Assembly: GCA_964344595.1 (NCBI GenBank)
Contig: CAYFNV010000004.1
Coordinates: 80,959-144,958, forward strand
Reading direction: 5' to 3'
DNA: 64,000 nucleotides
DNA from: an uncultured Nitrospina sp.
GTDB lineage: Bacteria > Nitrospinota > Nitrospinia > Nitrospinales > VA-1
This document shows, one piece after another, positions 37,621-47,943 of this stretch (position 1 is the stretch's first letter; the number at the start of each line of letters is the position of its first letter). The position numbers and the translations under genes were made by a program. A model generated the notes under the pieces. That model was not told the DNA's origin and ran no database searches. It saw only the letters and a program-made list of their open reading frames with translations.

Positions 37621-39900
37621 TCAGCCTAATTTCACATTCATATTTCGATAGATTTTATAGAGGTAATCATTCTGCTCTTCAGAGAGTCCAATTATTTGTT
37701 TGGACAGGTTCTTCATTCTCAACTTTTTAGAATAAAACCTAAATCGCTCCTGAATCGAGATTTTTTCATCATTTTCTGGTGCGGTGTCCAGATATTTCTT
37801 CCAGTGGAGAATTGCCAGAATCGGATTTCCGTTAGAAATATAATAATTCCCAAGGTTTTTATTCAGTTCGGGGTTTTCCTCTTTGATTAGTAAGGCATCA
37901 TAAAAAGAATTCAGAGCATTTTCTTTATCATTTAAAAATTCATATGCCTTACCCTGCTCAATAAAAAACCTTGCGTTGGCAGCATTAAATGCATTTAACT
38001 TTTTGAACTCTTCAACAGCAGCCGGCCAATTCTCTTCTGAATAAAATTTTTTCGCTTCTTCAGCAGAAGGTGTCAACTTATCTTTTTTTTCCGCAATCAA
38101 ACCTTCTAACCGGAGAATTTCATCCTTTACCTTTTGAGCTATATTTGGATCTCTTTCTACGGGCAAAACCGCTTTCAATGCTGCAAGTAATCTTCCAGGA
38201 TCACTATTATTCTCATAATAACGCTGGATAAGGCTCTTCAATGATGCCACATCATTTTTATTTGCTAGTCTACTGATATGAAGATGACGGATCGCAGAGT
38301 CTACCTCATTACGAGTTTCCAGAAACTCGGAATACATCCTGTATAACTCGGAATCAAAAGGGTCGATTGAGAAGGCATGCTGCAAAACATTGTCCACTCT
38401 TTCATCTTTTTGCTGAATCAAATAAGAGCCATAGAGCTTATAGATAGATGCCAGACTCGCTTTGGTCACTCCCAAATCGGAACTTATTGCTCTTTTTGCC
38501 TCCACACATTTGATTGCATAAGTCTCTGCCTCTTCCACATCAAACCACTTTTCTTCCGTTAAGTAGGTTGAGCTCCAATTACAGTAATCTACGTAACGAA
38601 TCTTGGTGAAATCCTCTGGCGCACGCAATCCATAAAATAGCGCAAGAAAAATCACCGCAAAAACTGTTAGAGGCAAATATTCTCTTCTATCCCACCATTT
38701 GCAGGCACAGCCCACTGCATAGGCGGCAAAGAGGATCAAAAATGGAGCAGAGGGAACCCGAAACCGTGAAACAACATGGAAAAGAACCACCGATAGAACC
38801 AAACTTGCCAAAAAAGCATACAGCAAAAACACCTTCTCCTTCTTCCAGATAGCTAAAGCAACTCCCATAACCCCTAAAGAGGAAAATAGAGAAAAATGAC
38901 TTATCAAAAAAGGTAATACTTTTGAGTTTTCAAGATAAAGATATATAGAAAGGTTTGACGCTCCCTCCAGATCGTTAAAATAAAAATACAGTTTCCTCCA
39001 GATCATTTTTATAAAACCAAATGGATCGATCATGACCTGTTGGAAAACAAATGATGCCGGAGACAAGTTTTCCATTTGATACTTCTTCTGAAACTCTGCC
39101 AAAAGGTTTACATCAAACCCTGCTCCGGGATAATCTATAAAATTCCCTGCCATGAATGCAGTAGGACCACTGGAATCAAAAAACACAAACCTTCCATGAA
39201 CCAGATAACACTGAACCAGCAAAGGAATGAACGAAAGTACTAAGGAACCCAAAAACATTCCCCACCCTTTTAATCTCATTCCAAGTTCCCATTCTGTAAA
39301 TACGTATTTGTGAATATAATAAATAACAAATGGTAGACACAGAAAGGTGTTGGGACGGGATTGAAAAAATAATGACAGCACCAATGCGCAAGATACAAGC
39401 ATTAAAGGGACCGGGGATTCGCGCAACCGGATCAACATATAAAAAGAAAGGATTCCCAGAAAGGTGATGAAAGCGGCTCGAAGAATTATTCCTTCATAAA
39501 TAATTTCTATGGAATAAAGAGAAAAACCGGCAAAAGCCAGCAGACCAACTCGGGAATCAAAGAGCTTCTTACCGATCAGGAACATTAAAACTGCACCCAG
39601 GGCTCCCAGCATAAATTGTACACCGTAAACCACATAAAAGTTCCTGCCAAAGAGGTAATAGATAATCCCAAGGAAATACTTGTAAAGAGGTGAGTAGCTA
39701 TTGTTGGGAGATCGGGCCAGCATGTCACCACCGGAAAAATTCAACGCACCTTGATCAAAATTGGTGTGATCGTATACAGGAAGAACCGTATCAAAAAAAG
39801 GGATTTGGGAAAGTTCAAAAAAATAAATTCCACGAACAGCCAGGGCAATGAGAAAAAGCCCCGAAAGAACCAACAAGGGTCGCGACCGTGATTGTTCCAT
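37621..39900 (-). CDS. GT-C fold membrane glycosyltransferase (GT39/ArnT-like) with C-terminal TPR domain
   Basis: The protein is 759 aa. The N-terminal ~440 aa are polytopic, with the first-loop motif LPVYDHTNFDQGAL. The C-terminal ~300 aa are TPR-like helical repeats. Confidence 0.7.
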   Translation of the reverse strand: MEQSRSRPLLVLSGLFLIALAVRGIYFFELSQIPFFDTVLPVYDHTNFDQGALNFSGGDMLARSPNNSYSPLYKYFLGIIYYLFGRNFYVVYGVQFMLGALGAVLMFLIGKKLFDSRVGLLAFAGFSLYSIEIIYEGIILRAAFITFLGILSFYMLIRLRESPVPLMLVSCALVLSLFFQSRPNTFLCLPFVIYYIHKYVFTEWELGMRLKGWGMFLGSLVLSFIPLLVQCYLVHGRFVFFDSSGPTAFMAGNFIDYPGAGFDVNLLAEFQKKYQMENLSPASFVFQQVMIDPFGFIKMIWRKLYFYFNDLEGASNLSIYLYLENSKVLPFLISHFSLFSSLGVMGVALAIWKKEKVFLLYAFLASLVLSVVLFHVVSRFRVPSAPFLILFAAYAVGCACKWWDRREYLPLTVFAVIFLALFYGLRAPEDFTKIRYVDYCNWSSTYLTEEKWFDVEEAETYAIKCVEAKRAISSDLGVTKASLASIYKLYGSYLIQQKDERVDNVLQHAFSIDPFDSELYRMYSEFLETRNEVDSAIRHLHISRLANKNDVASLKSLIQRYYENNSDPGRLLAALKAVLPVERDPNIAQKVKDEILRLEGLIAEKKDKLTPSAEEAKKFYSEENWPAAVEEFKKLNAFNAANARFFIEQGKAYEFLNDKENALNSFYDALLIKEENPELNKNLGNYYISNGNPILAILHWKKYLDTAPENDEKISIQERFRFYSKKLRMKNLSKQIIGLSEEQNDYLYKIYRNMNVKLG

Positions 39901-39966
39901 AATTAAGGGTAAAAAATTTATTGAATGCTAAAACAACTTAAAAATCTTCCGGGAAGAATTGTATTT

Positions 39967-41109
39967 TCATACTCTCCAGGTAAAGAGTGCTGTCACTCTT
40001 CTTAATTCCTCAAGGACCATTTCTTCCTTCTCCTCTTTTAATTTCTCACGAAGAACAGGAAGTATTTCTTCCCCAGAAAGTTCGCCCAAAGCCCATACCA
40101 CATGCGCACGTATTAAAGGTTCCTCATCACCCAGCACTTTAATCAAAACAGGGATAGCTTTCCGGTTCTTTGAGTTTCCCAGAGCAACTGCCACGTTTCT
40201 AAGCAAACCTCTCCTCTTTATTCTTTTTATAGGACTGCCCTTGAATCTTTTGCTGAATGTTTTCTGATCAATCTGAATCAACTCTATTAATTTAAGCGTA
40301 TCCTGTTTCTGCTGAAAATCCGGTTCGCTGGTTTTTACAGCATAGGAGTTCCATGGGCAAACTATCTGGCAATCATCACAGCCATATATTCTGTTGCCAA
40401 TAGCCTTCCTATATTCAACGGGTATGACGCCTTTCAACTCAATAGTGAGATAAGAAATACACCGCCTGGAATCCAGAATATATGGAGCGATGATTGCATC
40501 TGTCGGGCAGATATCAATACAACTTCTGCAAGTACCGCAATGGTCTTCAGCCGGTTGGGATAAAGGGAGAACTACATCTGTCAGAATTTCTGAAAGGAAA
40601 TACCATGATCCCAAACCTTGTGTAAGGAGATTAGTATGCTTGCCAATCCAACCCAGACCCGCTTGTTGTGCCAAAGGCTTTTCTAGAATTGGGCCTGTAT
40701 CTACATAAATCCGTGTACGACAACCCTCAAACTCCTGATGAATTTTTTCTTCCATCCGACGCAAACGGGGCGTAATGGTATCGTGATAATCTTTGTTCAT
40801 AGCATAAACGGAAATGTCCGCAATATCATGATTCTCAACATAGCTCATATCTTTCTCTGCTGTGTAGTAGTTGGTGCGAAAGCAAATAATACTTTTCACC
40901 TCTTCCAACACAAGGCCAGGGTTTTTTCTCTTCTCTTCACTCCGTCTCATATAGGCCATTTCACCTTCGTAACCTGCAGCCAGCCAATCTTCGTATCTCT
41001 TTCCTGACGAGTCCAATTGGGGACCAGTCACACCAAATCCCTCAAACCCAAGACTTTCAGCAAATGATTTAAGTCTCGCAAGTTTCTCTATTTTTTCTGT
41101 GGAACCCAT
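39967..41109 (-). CDS. queG: tRNA epoxyqueuosine(34) reductase
   Basis: It has the ferredoxin motifs CGTCRSCIDICPTDAI and CDDCQIVCPWN and C-terminal HEAT-like repeats (LGDEEPLIRAHVVWALGE). The protein is 380 aa. Confidence 0.9.
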   Translation of the reverse strand: MGSTEKIEKLARLKSFAESLGFEGFGVTGPQLDSSGKRYEDWLAAGYEGEMAYMRRSEEKRKNPGLVLEEVKSIICFRTNYYTAEKDMSYVENHDIADISVYAMNKDYHDTITPRLRRMEEKIHQEFEGCRTRIYVDTGPILEKPLAQQAGLGWIGKHTNLLTQGLGSWYFLSEILTDVVLPLSQPAEDHCGTCRSCIDICPTDAIIAPYILDSRRCISYLTIELKGVIPVEYRKAIGNRIYGCDDCQIVCPWNSYAVKTSEPDFQQKQDTLKLIELIQIDQKTFSKRFKGSPIKRIKRRGLLRNVAVALGNSKNRKAIPVLIKVLGDEEPLIRAHVVWALGELSGEEILPVLREKLKEEKEEMVLEELRRVTALFTWRV

Positions 41110-41250
41110 AACTTCACGAAAGTTGATTCAATCTATAGATTCTGCTAATCTCAGATTCACAAATAAAGTATTTTCCAACCGTAGACGGCTCTGAATTTCA
41201 TAGCATTTTGTCAAGAATTGCGCAGTTTTCGAAATGGGAAAGTTCTTGTT

Positions 41251-42195
41251 ATGAATAAAACAGGTTACGCATCGGATCCATTTTACCTTCTCCATGAGAC
41301 AGAACCACATCCAGAAAATCCCGGTCGATTAACGGCCATCCAAAACCGGCTGGAGTCTTCTGAATTCTACAATAACCTTGTTCCAATACAACCCCGCAAG
41401 GCCACTCCGGAAGAAATCGCCATGGTGCACGATTCCGGATATGTCGCAAGTGTCAGGAAGAATTGCGAAAATGAGGTACGCAATTTAGATGCTGACACAG
41501 TAATTTCCTCAAACTCCTACGAAGCCGCATTGTTAAGTGCTGGGGCAGGATTGACTGCCATTGATAAACTCGTTGATGGCAATATTCAAAATGCATTTTG
41601 TGCTGTAAGGCCACCGGGCCATCATGCCGAACAGGACCGTGCAATGGGTTTTTGTCTCTTCAATAATGTGGGAATCGCCGCCCGCTATGCACAGAACAAA
41701 AGGGGATTGAGCAAAATTTTCATTTATGACTGGGACGTTCATCATGGAAATGGCACCCAGCATTCGTTTTATAGTGATTCATCAATCTATTATAGTAGCA
41801 CTCACCAATATCCCTTCTATCCAGGTACCGGAGCAGGGAGAGAAACTGGAACAGGTGATGGACTAGGTACCACATTAAACATACCCATGGATGCTTATTC
41901 AGAGGATGATGATTATTTATCTGCAATTGAAAACAAACTGATTCCGGAAATACAACGCTACAAGCCCGACCTTATTATAATTTCAGCAGGGTTTGATGCT
42001 CATAAAAATGACCCTTTGGCTCAAATTCAACTGACCACAGACTGCTTTGGAGAAATGACCAAATTACTGATGAATGCTGCCATGGATGTATGCGATGGAC
42101 GATTGCTCTCCATGCTTGAAGGCGGCTACGACTATGAAGCGTTGAGCGACTCAGTTCGGCTGCATATAAAAACATTATTAACTTCCACTCAGTAA
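41251..42195 (+). CDS. Histone deacetylase-family (class II HDAC/AcuC-APAH-like) deacetylase
   Basis: The motifs are RPPGHHA, DWDVHHGNGTQ, STHQYPFYPGTG and EGGY. The first in-frame ATG is at 41251; the track uses a TTG at 41218. Confidence 0.88.
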   Translation: MNKTGYASDPFYLLHETEPHPENPGRLTAIQNRLESSEFYNNLVPIQPRKATPEEIAMVHDSGYVASVRKNCENEVRNLDADTVISSNSYEAALLSAGAGLTAIDKLVDGNIQNAFCAVRPPGHHAEQDRAMGFCLFNNVGIAARYAQNKRGLSKIFIYDWDVHHGNGTQHSFYSDSSIYYSSTHQYPFYPGTGAGRETGTGDGLGTTLNIPMDAYSEDDDYLSAIENKLIPEIQRYKPDLIIISAGFDAHKNDPLAQIQLTTDCFGEMTKLLMNAAMDVCDGRLLSMLEGGYDYEALSDSVRLHIKTLLTSTQ

Positions 42196-42203
42196 ACAGG
42201 CAC

Positions 42204-44651
42204 ATGCTGCAACAACATATTCGAAATTTTACGGACAAAGTAATTGAGGCGCTTAATGTGGGTTCTATGGAAATGATCAACCTGCATCAGGATACATTGA
42301 CACCAGACTTTGTTTTACTCGGACTGTTGGCACAAGAAAATTCCATCATCGCAGAAATCCTTGAAGCCACTTATCCTCACGATCCTGAGCTTTCTCAAAA
42401 AATTATCGAAAAAGTTTATACCCTGCAAAAAGACCAACCCAAATTCCAGGGTTCTGCAATAGGGCATATCCAGGTACCTAAAGAAACGGAGAATTTATTT
42501 AAATCAGCCCAGGAGCAGGCAAAAAAGTTAGGTGATAAATTTATTGGGCTTGAGGCATTGTTCCTGTCTTTCTTTGACAAAAATACGGGTCGCATGTTTG
42601 ACCTGCTCAGTGAAATGGGAATCACTTATGACAAGGTCAGAAGTGAAATCGATTCCATGCGTGAAGGAAGGACTATCAACGAAAAAGACACTGAGGGAAA
42701 ATCGGATATTCTCGAGCAATTCACTACGGACCTAACGGACCTGGCTCGTAAAGGAATTTTGGATCCTGTCATAGGAAGAGAAAAAGAAATCAACCGTATC
42801 ATCCAGATCCTCTCCCGAAGAAGAAAAAACAACCCTGTAGTGATTGGAGAACCAGGCGTTGGAAAAACTGTAATTGTAGAGCGCCTGGCACAAAGGATTG
42901 TAAACGCCGAAGTTCCCGATACTCTGATGGGGAAAAGGGTTAAAGTCCTTGAAATGTCCGAACTCATTGCTGGAGCAAAAATGCGGGGAGAGTTTGAAGA
43001 GCGCATGAAAGCGGTGAAAGACGAAATAATTGCGGCTCAGGGAAATATCATCCTTTTCATAGACGAACTCCACACAATTGTGAGTGCAGGAGCAGGTGCG
43101 GGAGGAGTTGACGCTTCAAACATGCTCAAATCGGCTCTCTCTAAAGGGCAGCTTCAATGCATTGGAGCTACCACATTAGATGAGTATAAAAAACATATTG
43201 AAGAGGACAAGGCATTGTCAAGGAGGTTCCAACCAGTCCTGGTTCAGGAACCCTCTATTGAAGGCACAATCAAGATTCTTGATGGGCTCAAGTCACGGTA
43301 CGAAAAACACCATGCGATCCTGTTCAAAGAAGAAGCTCTTGTTACCGCCGCAAAACTTTCCGAAAAGCATATATCCGACCGGGCTCTGCCTGACAAGGCC
43401 GTTGATCTGCTGGACGAGGCTGGTGCGCAGAAACATTTGGCCTTGATAAATGTTCCCACACATATCAGGGAACTGGAGAACGAAAAAAACCGGTTGGCTA
43501 CTAAGCAGAAGGAAGAGTTCGAGCAACAAAACTTTCAGGCTGTCGCCACCGTCCGTCAGGAAATCATTTCTATAGACAATAAACTCGAGCAAGAGCGTGA
43601 AGACTGGAAGCAAACTCTTGCAGAGATGGATAAAAATGTAACCGCTGAGGACGTTGCCAACATTGTCGCAGAGTGGACAGGAATTCCTGTTAATAAAATT
43701 CAAGAGACCGAGCAAGACAAATTGACTCATATGGAGGCCAATTTACACAAAAGGGTAATAGGGCAGGACAACGCCATCATAGCAGTCAGCAATGCTATTC
43801 GGAGGAACCGTGCAGGTCTCAAGGAAAAAGACAAGCCAATAGGTTCCTTCCTCCTGCTTGGACCTACTGGTGTTGGAAAAACTGAATTGGCAAAAGCCCT
43901 GGCAGAATTTCTTTTAGACGATGAGAATAGGTTGATTCGACTTGATATGTCCGAGTATATGGAAAAACATTCTGTATCAAAGATTATTGGCTCGCCTCCT
44001 GGTTATGTCGGGTATGACGAGGGCGGCCAACTGACCGAGAAAGTCCGAAGAAACCCCTACTCTGTAATTCTTCTGGATGAGTTGGAAAAAGCGCATCCCG
44101 ATGTATTCAACATCCTGTTACAACTGTTGGATGATGGCAGGTTGACAGACGCACATGGGCGTGTCACCAGCTTTAAAAACGCCATTATTATCGGCACATC
44201 AAATATTGGATCGAAGTCCATTTCCGAACCTAACAAGGGCATCGGGTTTGCCAAAGCCGAGATCAACAAACAGTTTGATGTCATTAAAACTCTGGTGATC
44301 AATGAAGCAAAAAAACTCTTTAAGCCTGAATTCCTCAATCGGCTGGATGATTTGATTGTCTTTCATAACCTGACAAAGGAAAATATACGCGCTATTGCCG
44401 ACTTGATGATTCAAAACCTCAATAAACGCCTGAACGACAAAAACCTGTCTATCAATGTAAACTCCAAAGCCATCGATAAGCTCTCTAAGGATGGTTACAG
44501 TGAGATCTATGGTGCCCGGCCTTTAAAACGTCTGATAGAAAATGAAATAGAAAACCCGATCTCAATGAAAATTTTGACTGGTGAATTCAAATTTGGCGAT
44601 CAAATAAACATAACACTTAAAGGCGGAAAGTATCATTTTTCAACAAAATAA
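42204..44651 (+). CDS. clpC: AAA+ Clp/Hsp100 unfoldase, ClpC-type (short M-domain, ClpP-docking IGF loop)
   Basis: It has Clp_N repeats and two Walker A motifs (GEPGVGKT, GPTGVGKT). The coiled-coil linker is short, ~60 aa. The KGIGF loop argues for ClpP coupling rather than ClpB. Confidence 0.88.
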   Translation: MLQQHIRNFTDKVIEALNVGSMEMINLHQDTLTPDFVLLGLLAQENSIIAEILEATYPHDPELSQKIIEKVYTLQKDQPKFQGSAIGHIQVPKETENLFKSAQEQAKKLGDKFIGLEALFLSFFDKNTGRMFDLLSEMGITYDKVRSEIDSMREGRTINEKDTEGKSDILEQFTTDLTDLARKGILDPVIGREKEINRIIQILSRRRKNNPVVIGEPGVGKTVIVERLAQRIVNAEVPDTLMGKRVKVLEMSELIAGAKMRGEFEERMKAVKDEIIAAQGNIILFIDELHTIVSAGAGAGGVDASNMLKSALSKGQLQCIGATTLDEYKKHIEEDKALSRRFQPVLVQEPSIEGTIKILDGLKSRYEKHHAILFKEEALVTAAKLSEKHISDRALPDKAVDLLDEAGAQKHLALINVPTHIRELENEKNRLATKQKEEFEQQNFQAVATVRQEIISIDNKLEQEREDWKQTLAEMDKNVTAEDVANIVAEWTGIPVNKIQETEQDKLTHMEANLHKRVIGQDNAIIAVSNAIRRNRAGLKEKDKPIGSFLLLGPTGVGKTELAKALAEFLLDDENRLIRLDMSEYMEKHSVSKIIGSPPGYVGYDEGGQLTEKVRRNPYSVILLDELEKAHPDVFNILLQLLDDGRLTDAHGRVTSFKNAIIIGTSNIGSKSISEPNKGIGFAKAEINKQFDVIKTLVINEAKKLFKPEFLNRLDDLIVFHNLTKENIRAIADLMIQNLNKRLNDKNLSINVNSKAIDKLSKDGYSEIYGARPLKRLIENEIENPISMKILTGEFKFGDQINITLKGGKYHFSTK

Positions 44652-44931
44652 TAACCAGGTGCCTTGCAAAAGCCATTCAGCATTCTAAATTATTTTAGGC
44701 CTTACTAAATCAATTGACATACTATAAGTTAATTTTTTTTTACTCAAACCGCTCCTGACAGCCGTTTTCAGAATTTAAATACTGATTATCTGTTAACCTC
44801 TAAAGTCCAATTCTCGTTTAAACATCACCACCTCAATTAAAGGTTTTGAAAATTAATTCCGATAAAATTGTTTTAGACTTTAAGCGTCTCCTGCATTAAA
44901 ATCTATTGGGTACTGATATCCTTAGGAATTA

Positions 44932-45114
44932 TTGATGAATAAACCATCCAATTCAGATAACAGATTTTCTTTAATCCTGGAATTCTGGGATTTTCTTAAA
45001 TCACGGAAAAAGTGGTGGCTAGGCCCCATTGTCTTCATCATGTTACTTATGGGCCTGCTTATTGTTCTTACTGAGGGAAGTGCCGTTGCCCCCTTTATTT
45101 ACACATTATTCTAG
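44932..45114 (+). CDS. DUF5989 small membrane protein
   Basis: The sequence [47 protein letters not shown] matches the KKWWL...APFIYTLF signature of DUF5989. Confidence 0.75.
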   Translation: MMNKPSNSDNRFSLILEFWDFLKSRKKWWLGPIVFIMLLMGLLIVLTEGSAVAPFIYTLF

Positions 45115-45122
45115 ACCTTATC

Positions 45123-45809
45123 TTGACTAAACTTTCCATCGTCATTCCGGTATATAACGAGTTCGATACGCTTCATACCCTGGTCTCTAAAGTAGAAGCT
45201 GTGGATTACACAAAAGAGATCATCTTGATTGATGATTTTTCCACAGACGGGACTAGAGATCTCCTAAAGGAATATGAAGGACACGAAAATTTTCAGGTGC
45301 TTTATCATGACCACAACATGGGCAAAGGTGCGGCGTTGCGAACCGGATTTTCCAAAGTTAAGGGAGATATCATCATCATCCAGGATGCTGACCTTGAATA
45401 TGATCCTGTCGACTACGGAGTATTGTTAAAACCTATTCTTGATGGCCGAGCCGATGTAGTGTTTGGATCGCGATTTCAGGGAGGAACTCATCGTGTATTG
45501 TTTTTCTGGCATTATCTTGGCAACAAATTCCTAACTACCTTGTCAAACATGTTCACTAATCTGAACCTGACAGATATGGAAACAGGGTACAAGGTCTTCA
45601 CAAAAAAAGTGAATGACACCTTGACCTTTAAATGTAACCGTTTTGGATTTGAGCCCGAATTTACTGCCAAGGTAGCAAAAAATAAATTTCGCGTCTATGA
45701 AGTTCCCATTTCATACAGCGGAAGGGATTACTCGGAAGGGAAAAAAATCACCTGGAAAGACGGTTTTGCCGCCATCTGGTATATTTTTAAATTTAGAATC
45801 TCGAATTAA
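45123..45809 (+). CDS. GT2 glycosyltransferase, polyprenol-phosphate sugar synthase (Dpm1/ArnC-like)
   Basis: The motifs are [22 protein letters not shown] and [12 protein letters not shown]. It is 228 aa and soluble. It has a TTG start 9 nt after DUF5989. Confidence 0.85.
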   Translation: MTKLSIVIPVYNEFDTLHTLVSKVEAVDYTKEIILIDDFSTDGTRDLLKEYEGHENFQVLYHDHNMGKGAALRTGFSKVKGDIIIIQDADLEYDPVDYGVLLKPILDGRADVVFGSRFQGGTHRVLFFWHYLGNKFLTTLSNMFTNLNLTDMETGYKVFTKKVNDTLTFKCNRFGFEPEFTAKVAKNKFRVYEVPISYSGRDYSEGKKITWKDGFAAIWYIFKFRISN

Positions 45810-45815
45810 TTAAGT

Positions 45816-46214
45816 TTAAGCATCTTCAAGCTTCTCCCCACAATGCGGACAAATTTCATCCTGCTCATCTAATTCTATCGTACAGGCCGAGCATATCTGA
45901 ACGCTTTCACGTTCCAACAGTAATCGATGACCTTGCTCAACATCTTCTCGTAGTACCCAAAGCCGAACCTTCATAAGATCTGCAACGGGTGCTGGCTCTG
46001 CATGAAAAGATATATTTTCCAACTGACAGGGAATACCCTCGCTTTCCAGAAACCCTCTCATAATATGCGCTTTGGCTTCGTCTAAAACAGTGCGCAGGAC
46101 CACAAGGTCAGGAGCTTCCTCTTGTTCAATCGAAAAAGTTAACTCCATGCTGCATTTCGGGCAAAGGGTGGACTTGCCAGAAAATTTTTCATCGCACTTC
46201 GGGCAACTCTGCAT
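45816..46214 (-). CDS. DUF2007-like domain flanked by two zinc-ribbons
   Basis: The N-terminal ribbon is CPKCDEKFSGKSTLCPKC and the C-terminal ribbon is CSAC...CPHCG. The central segment LRTVLDEAKAHIMRGFLESEGIPCQLEN resembles DUF2007. Confidence 0.5.
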   Translation of the reverse strand: MQSCPKCDEKFSGKSTLCPKCSMELTFSIEQEEAPDLVVLRTVLDEAKAHIMRGFLESEGIPCQLENISFHAEPAPVADLMKVRLWVLREDVEQGHRLLLERESVQICSACTIELDEQDEICPHCGEKLEDA

Positions 46215-46320
46215 ATCATAATATTACAGCACTTCATAAGTATGGCAAAGCACGTTTATCGTTAGCCTAGAATTCACATTTGGTATAATTGAAATAACAA
46301 ACAACTCCGCTTATCTAAAT

Positions 46321-46695
46321 ATGACACCCCTGACGCATATAACAGAAAATGTATTTAATCTAAGAAAAACAGACCGAATTATTGGATTTTACCTCTATGA
46401 TAAATTTGATCAATCAATTGCCAGAATTGATGCCGTTCTGGTTGACAGCCAGACCTATCATAGTTATTACCTAGTCATAAACCTGGGAGGGTTTCTTAAG
46501 GTAAGTGGAAAATCAGTGGTCCTACCGGTTGAAGTCTGCGAGGTGAAAGATTTGGGGAAAGTGAAAACCGAGTGGAGGAAAGAGTCCATGCTGGGAGCAC
46601 CTTCTCCCGTTGATGTCATGAGCATGACAAATCTGGAAGAAGAATTGATTCGCGATTATTATGGTCTGCCAACTCAAAGAAAGGATATTTCCTAA
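46321..46695 (+). CDS. Hypothetical protein, PRC-barrel-like (tentative)
   Basis: The pattern GFYLYDKFDQSIARIDAVLVDSQTYHSYYLVINLGGFL...VVLPVE is reminiscent of PRC-barrel proteins. The protein is 124 aa. Confidence 0.4.
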   Translation: MTPLTHITENVFNLRKTDRIIGFYLYDKFDQSIARIDAVLVDSQTYHSYYLVINLGGFLKVSGKSVVLPVEVCEVKDLGKVKTEWRKESMLGAPSPVDVMSMTNLEEELIRDYYGLPTQRKDIS

Positions 46696-46733
46696 GGCCA
46701 GGAAAAGTAAGCATACTTTACCTAAAATAAATT

Positions 46734-47813
46734 TTAGAGCCGCTTCAACAATCTATGTATTCCTTCATGAACATCTTTTACAGTGATATCTTCAAGGCAA
46801 TAAGGCTTGTAGAGAGGAGAAGGTTTGCATTCTTTAAAAAACCTCTGCCTGCAAGGCGAACAGGAAAAATTTCTTGTCACAATTTCCTGCTTCTCCAGGG
46901 GCATATAGGGACCCGTAGTCTTTGGGCTACCTGGTCCAAAAATGCCCAAGACTGGAACTCCAACCATTGAAGCCAAATGCATCATTCCACTGTCATTGCC
47001 AATGAACATCTGGCTTTTTTTCAGTATACCTGCCAAAACTCTTAAATTAACCTGGGGAATAACTTTTATTGCTTCTGGTTGTCCAAAATTTCTGATCCTG
47101 TTTAACAATTCCAACTCATTTTTTGTTCCTAATAGAACCACCCGCTTACCGTCTTCCTTAATCAACTTCTGACATAAGATACTAAATCTCTCAGCATGCC
47201 AACTCCGTTCGACTTTCGAAGTTCCTGGGTGAAGAGTGATGAACTCCTCATCCTCATCTAATCCCATATCCAATAAGACTTCACGAGTTGTAGCATCCTC
47301 TTCTTGCGGTGCAAGAGTATCAAAACCACAATCAGGAGTATCCAGTTTCAAAGCTGAAAGAATTTTAAAATAATATTCTACTCGGTATTGCGCCCTTTTT
47401 AAGTGTGGAGTTGTAGTGACAGGATGTGTGAGTAGAATATCTCTTGAATCCGTGTTATATCCCAAACGGCATTTTGCACCTGCAAGAAATAAAAGAAACG
47501 CTGAGCCAAACGAGTTGGGAAACACCGCTCCAACATCAAAGTTATACTTTTTCAAGCTACGAGCAAACTTGGCCTTTTGCCAAAATCCGTTTTCCGGACC
47601 AGAAGGCAAAGTTAAAACCGTATCAACTGCAGGGTGCCCGAGAAGGAGTTCATCGGAAGGAGATTTTGTTACAACAAAAATCCGTGCCACGGGATAAGCC
47701 CGACGCAAGGATTGTACTACTGGTAATGTCAAAACCACATCACCTATCCAGTTGGGCATCCATAACAAAAAGCTTTGGATCTTCTGGCTGTGAAGTGGTC
47801 GTGAAATATCCAT
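46734..47813 (-). CDS. GT9 glycosyltransferase (LPS heptosyltransferase, WaaF/RfaF-like)
   Basis: The sequence is LLWMPNWIGDVVLTLPVVQSLRRAYPVARIFVV...GNDSGMMHLASMVGVPVLGIFGP. The protein is 359 aa. Confidence 0.88.
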   Translation of the reverse strand: MDISRPLHSQKIQSFLLWMPNWIGDVVLTLPVVQSLRRAYPVARIFVVTKSPSDELLLGHPAVDTVLTLPSGPENGFWQKAKFARSLKKYNFDVGAVFPNSFGSAFLLFLAGAKCRLGYNTDSRDILLTHPVTTTPHLKRAQYRVEYYFKILSALKLDTPDCGFDTLAPQEEDATTREVLLDMGLDEDEEFITLHPGTSKVERSWHAERFSILCQKLIKEDGKRVVLLGTKNELELLNRIRNFGQPEAIKVIPQVNLRVLAGILKKSQMFIGNDSGMMHLASMVGVPVLGIFGPGSPKTTGPYMPLEKQEIVTRNFSCSPCRQRFFKECKPSPLYKPYCLEDITVKDVHEGIHRLLKRL

Positions 47814-47831
47814 AACCCTGACAATTAAAGG

Positions 47832-47918
47832 TTATCGGTGTATCCACCGCTGGCCAACATAACGCTGGACTAAACCAGCAATAGCTTTAATAAGCAGGCA
47901 AATAGTCCAAGAAGCCAT
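47832..47918 (-). CDS. Possible 28-aa small protein between murA and the GT9 gene
   Basis: My translation is MASWTICLLIKAIAGLVQRYVGQRWIHR*. A GGAGG lies ~9 nt upstream of the ATG. It is below the ORF-track cutoff and I have no homology evidence. Confidence 0.25.
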   Translation of the reverse strand: MASWTICLLIKAIAGLVQRYVGQRWIHR

Positions 47919-47943
47919 TGCTTCCTGCCTCCACGGTGGTGGA

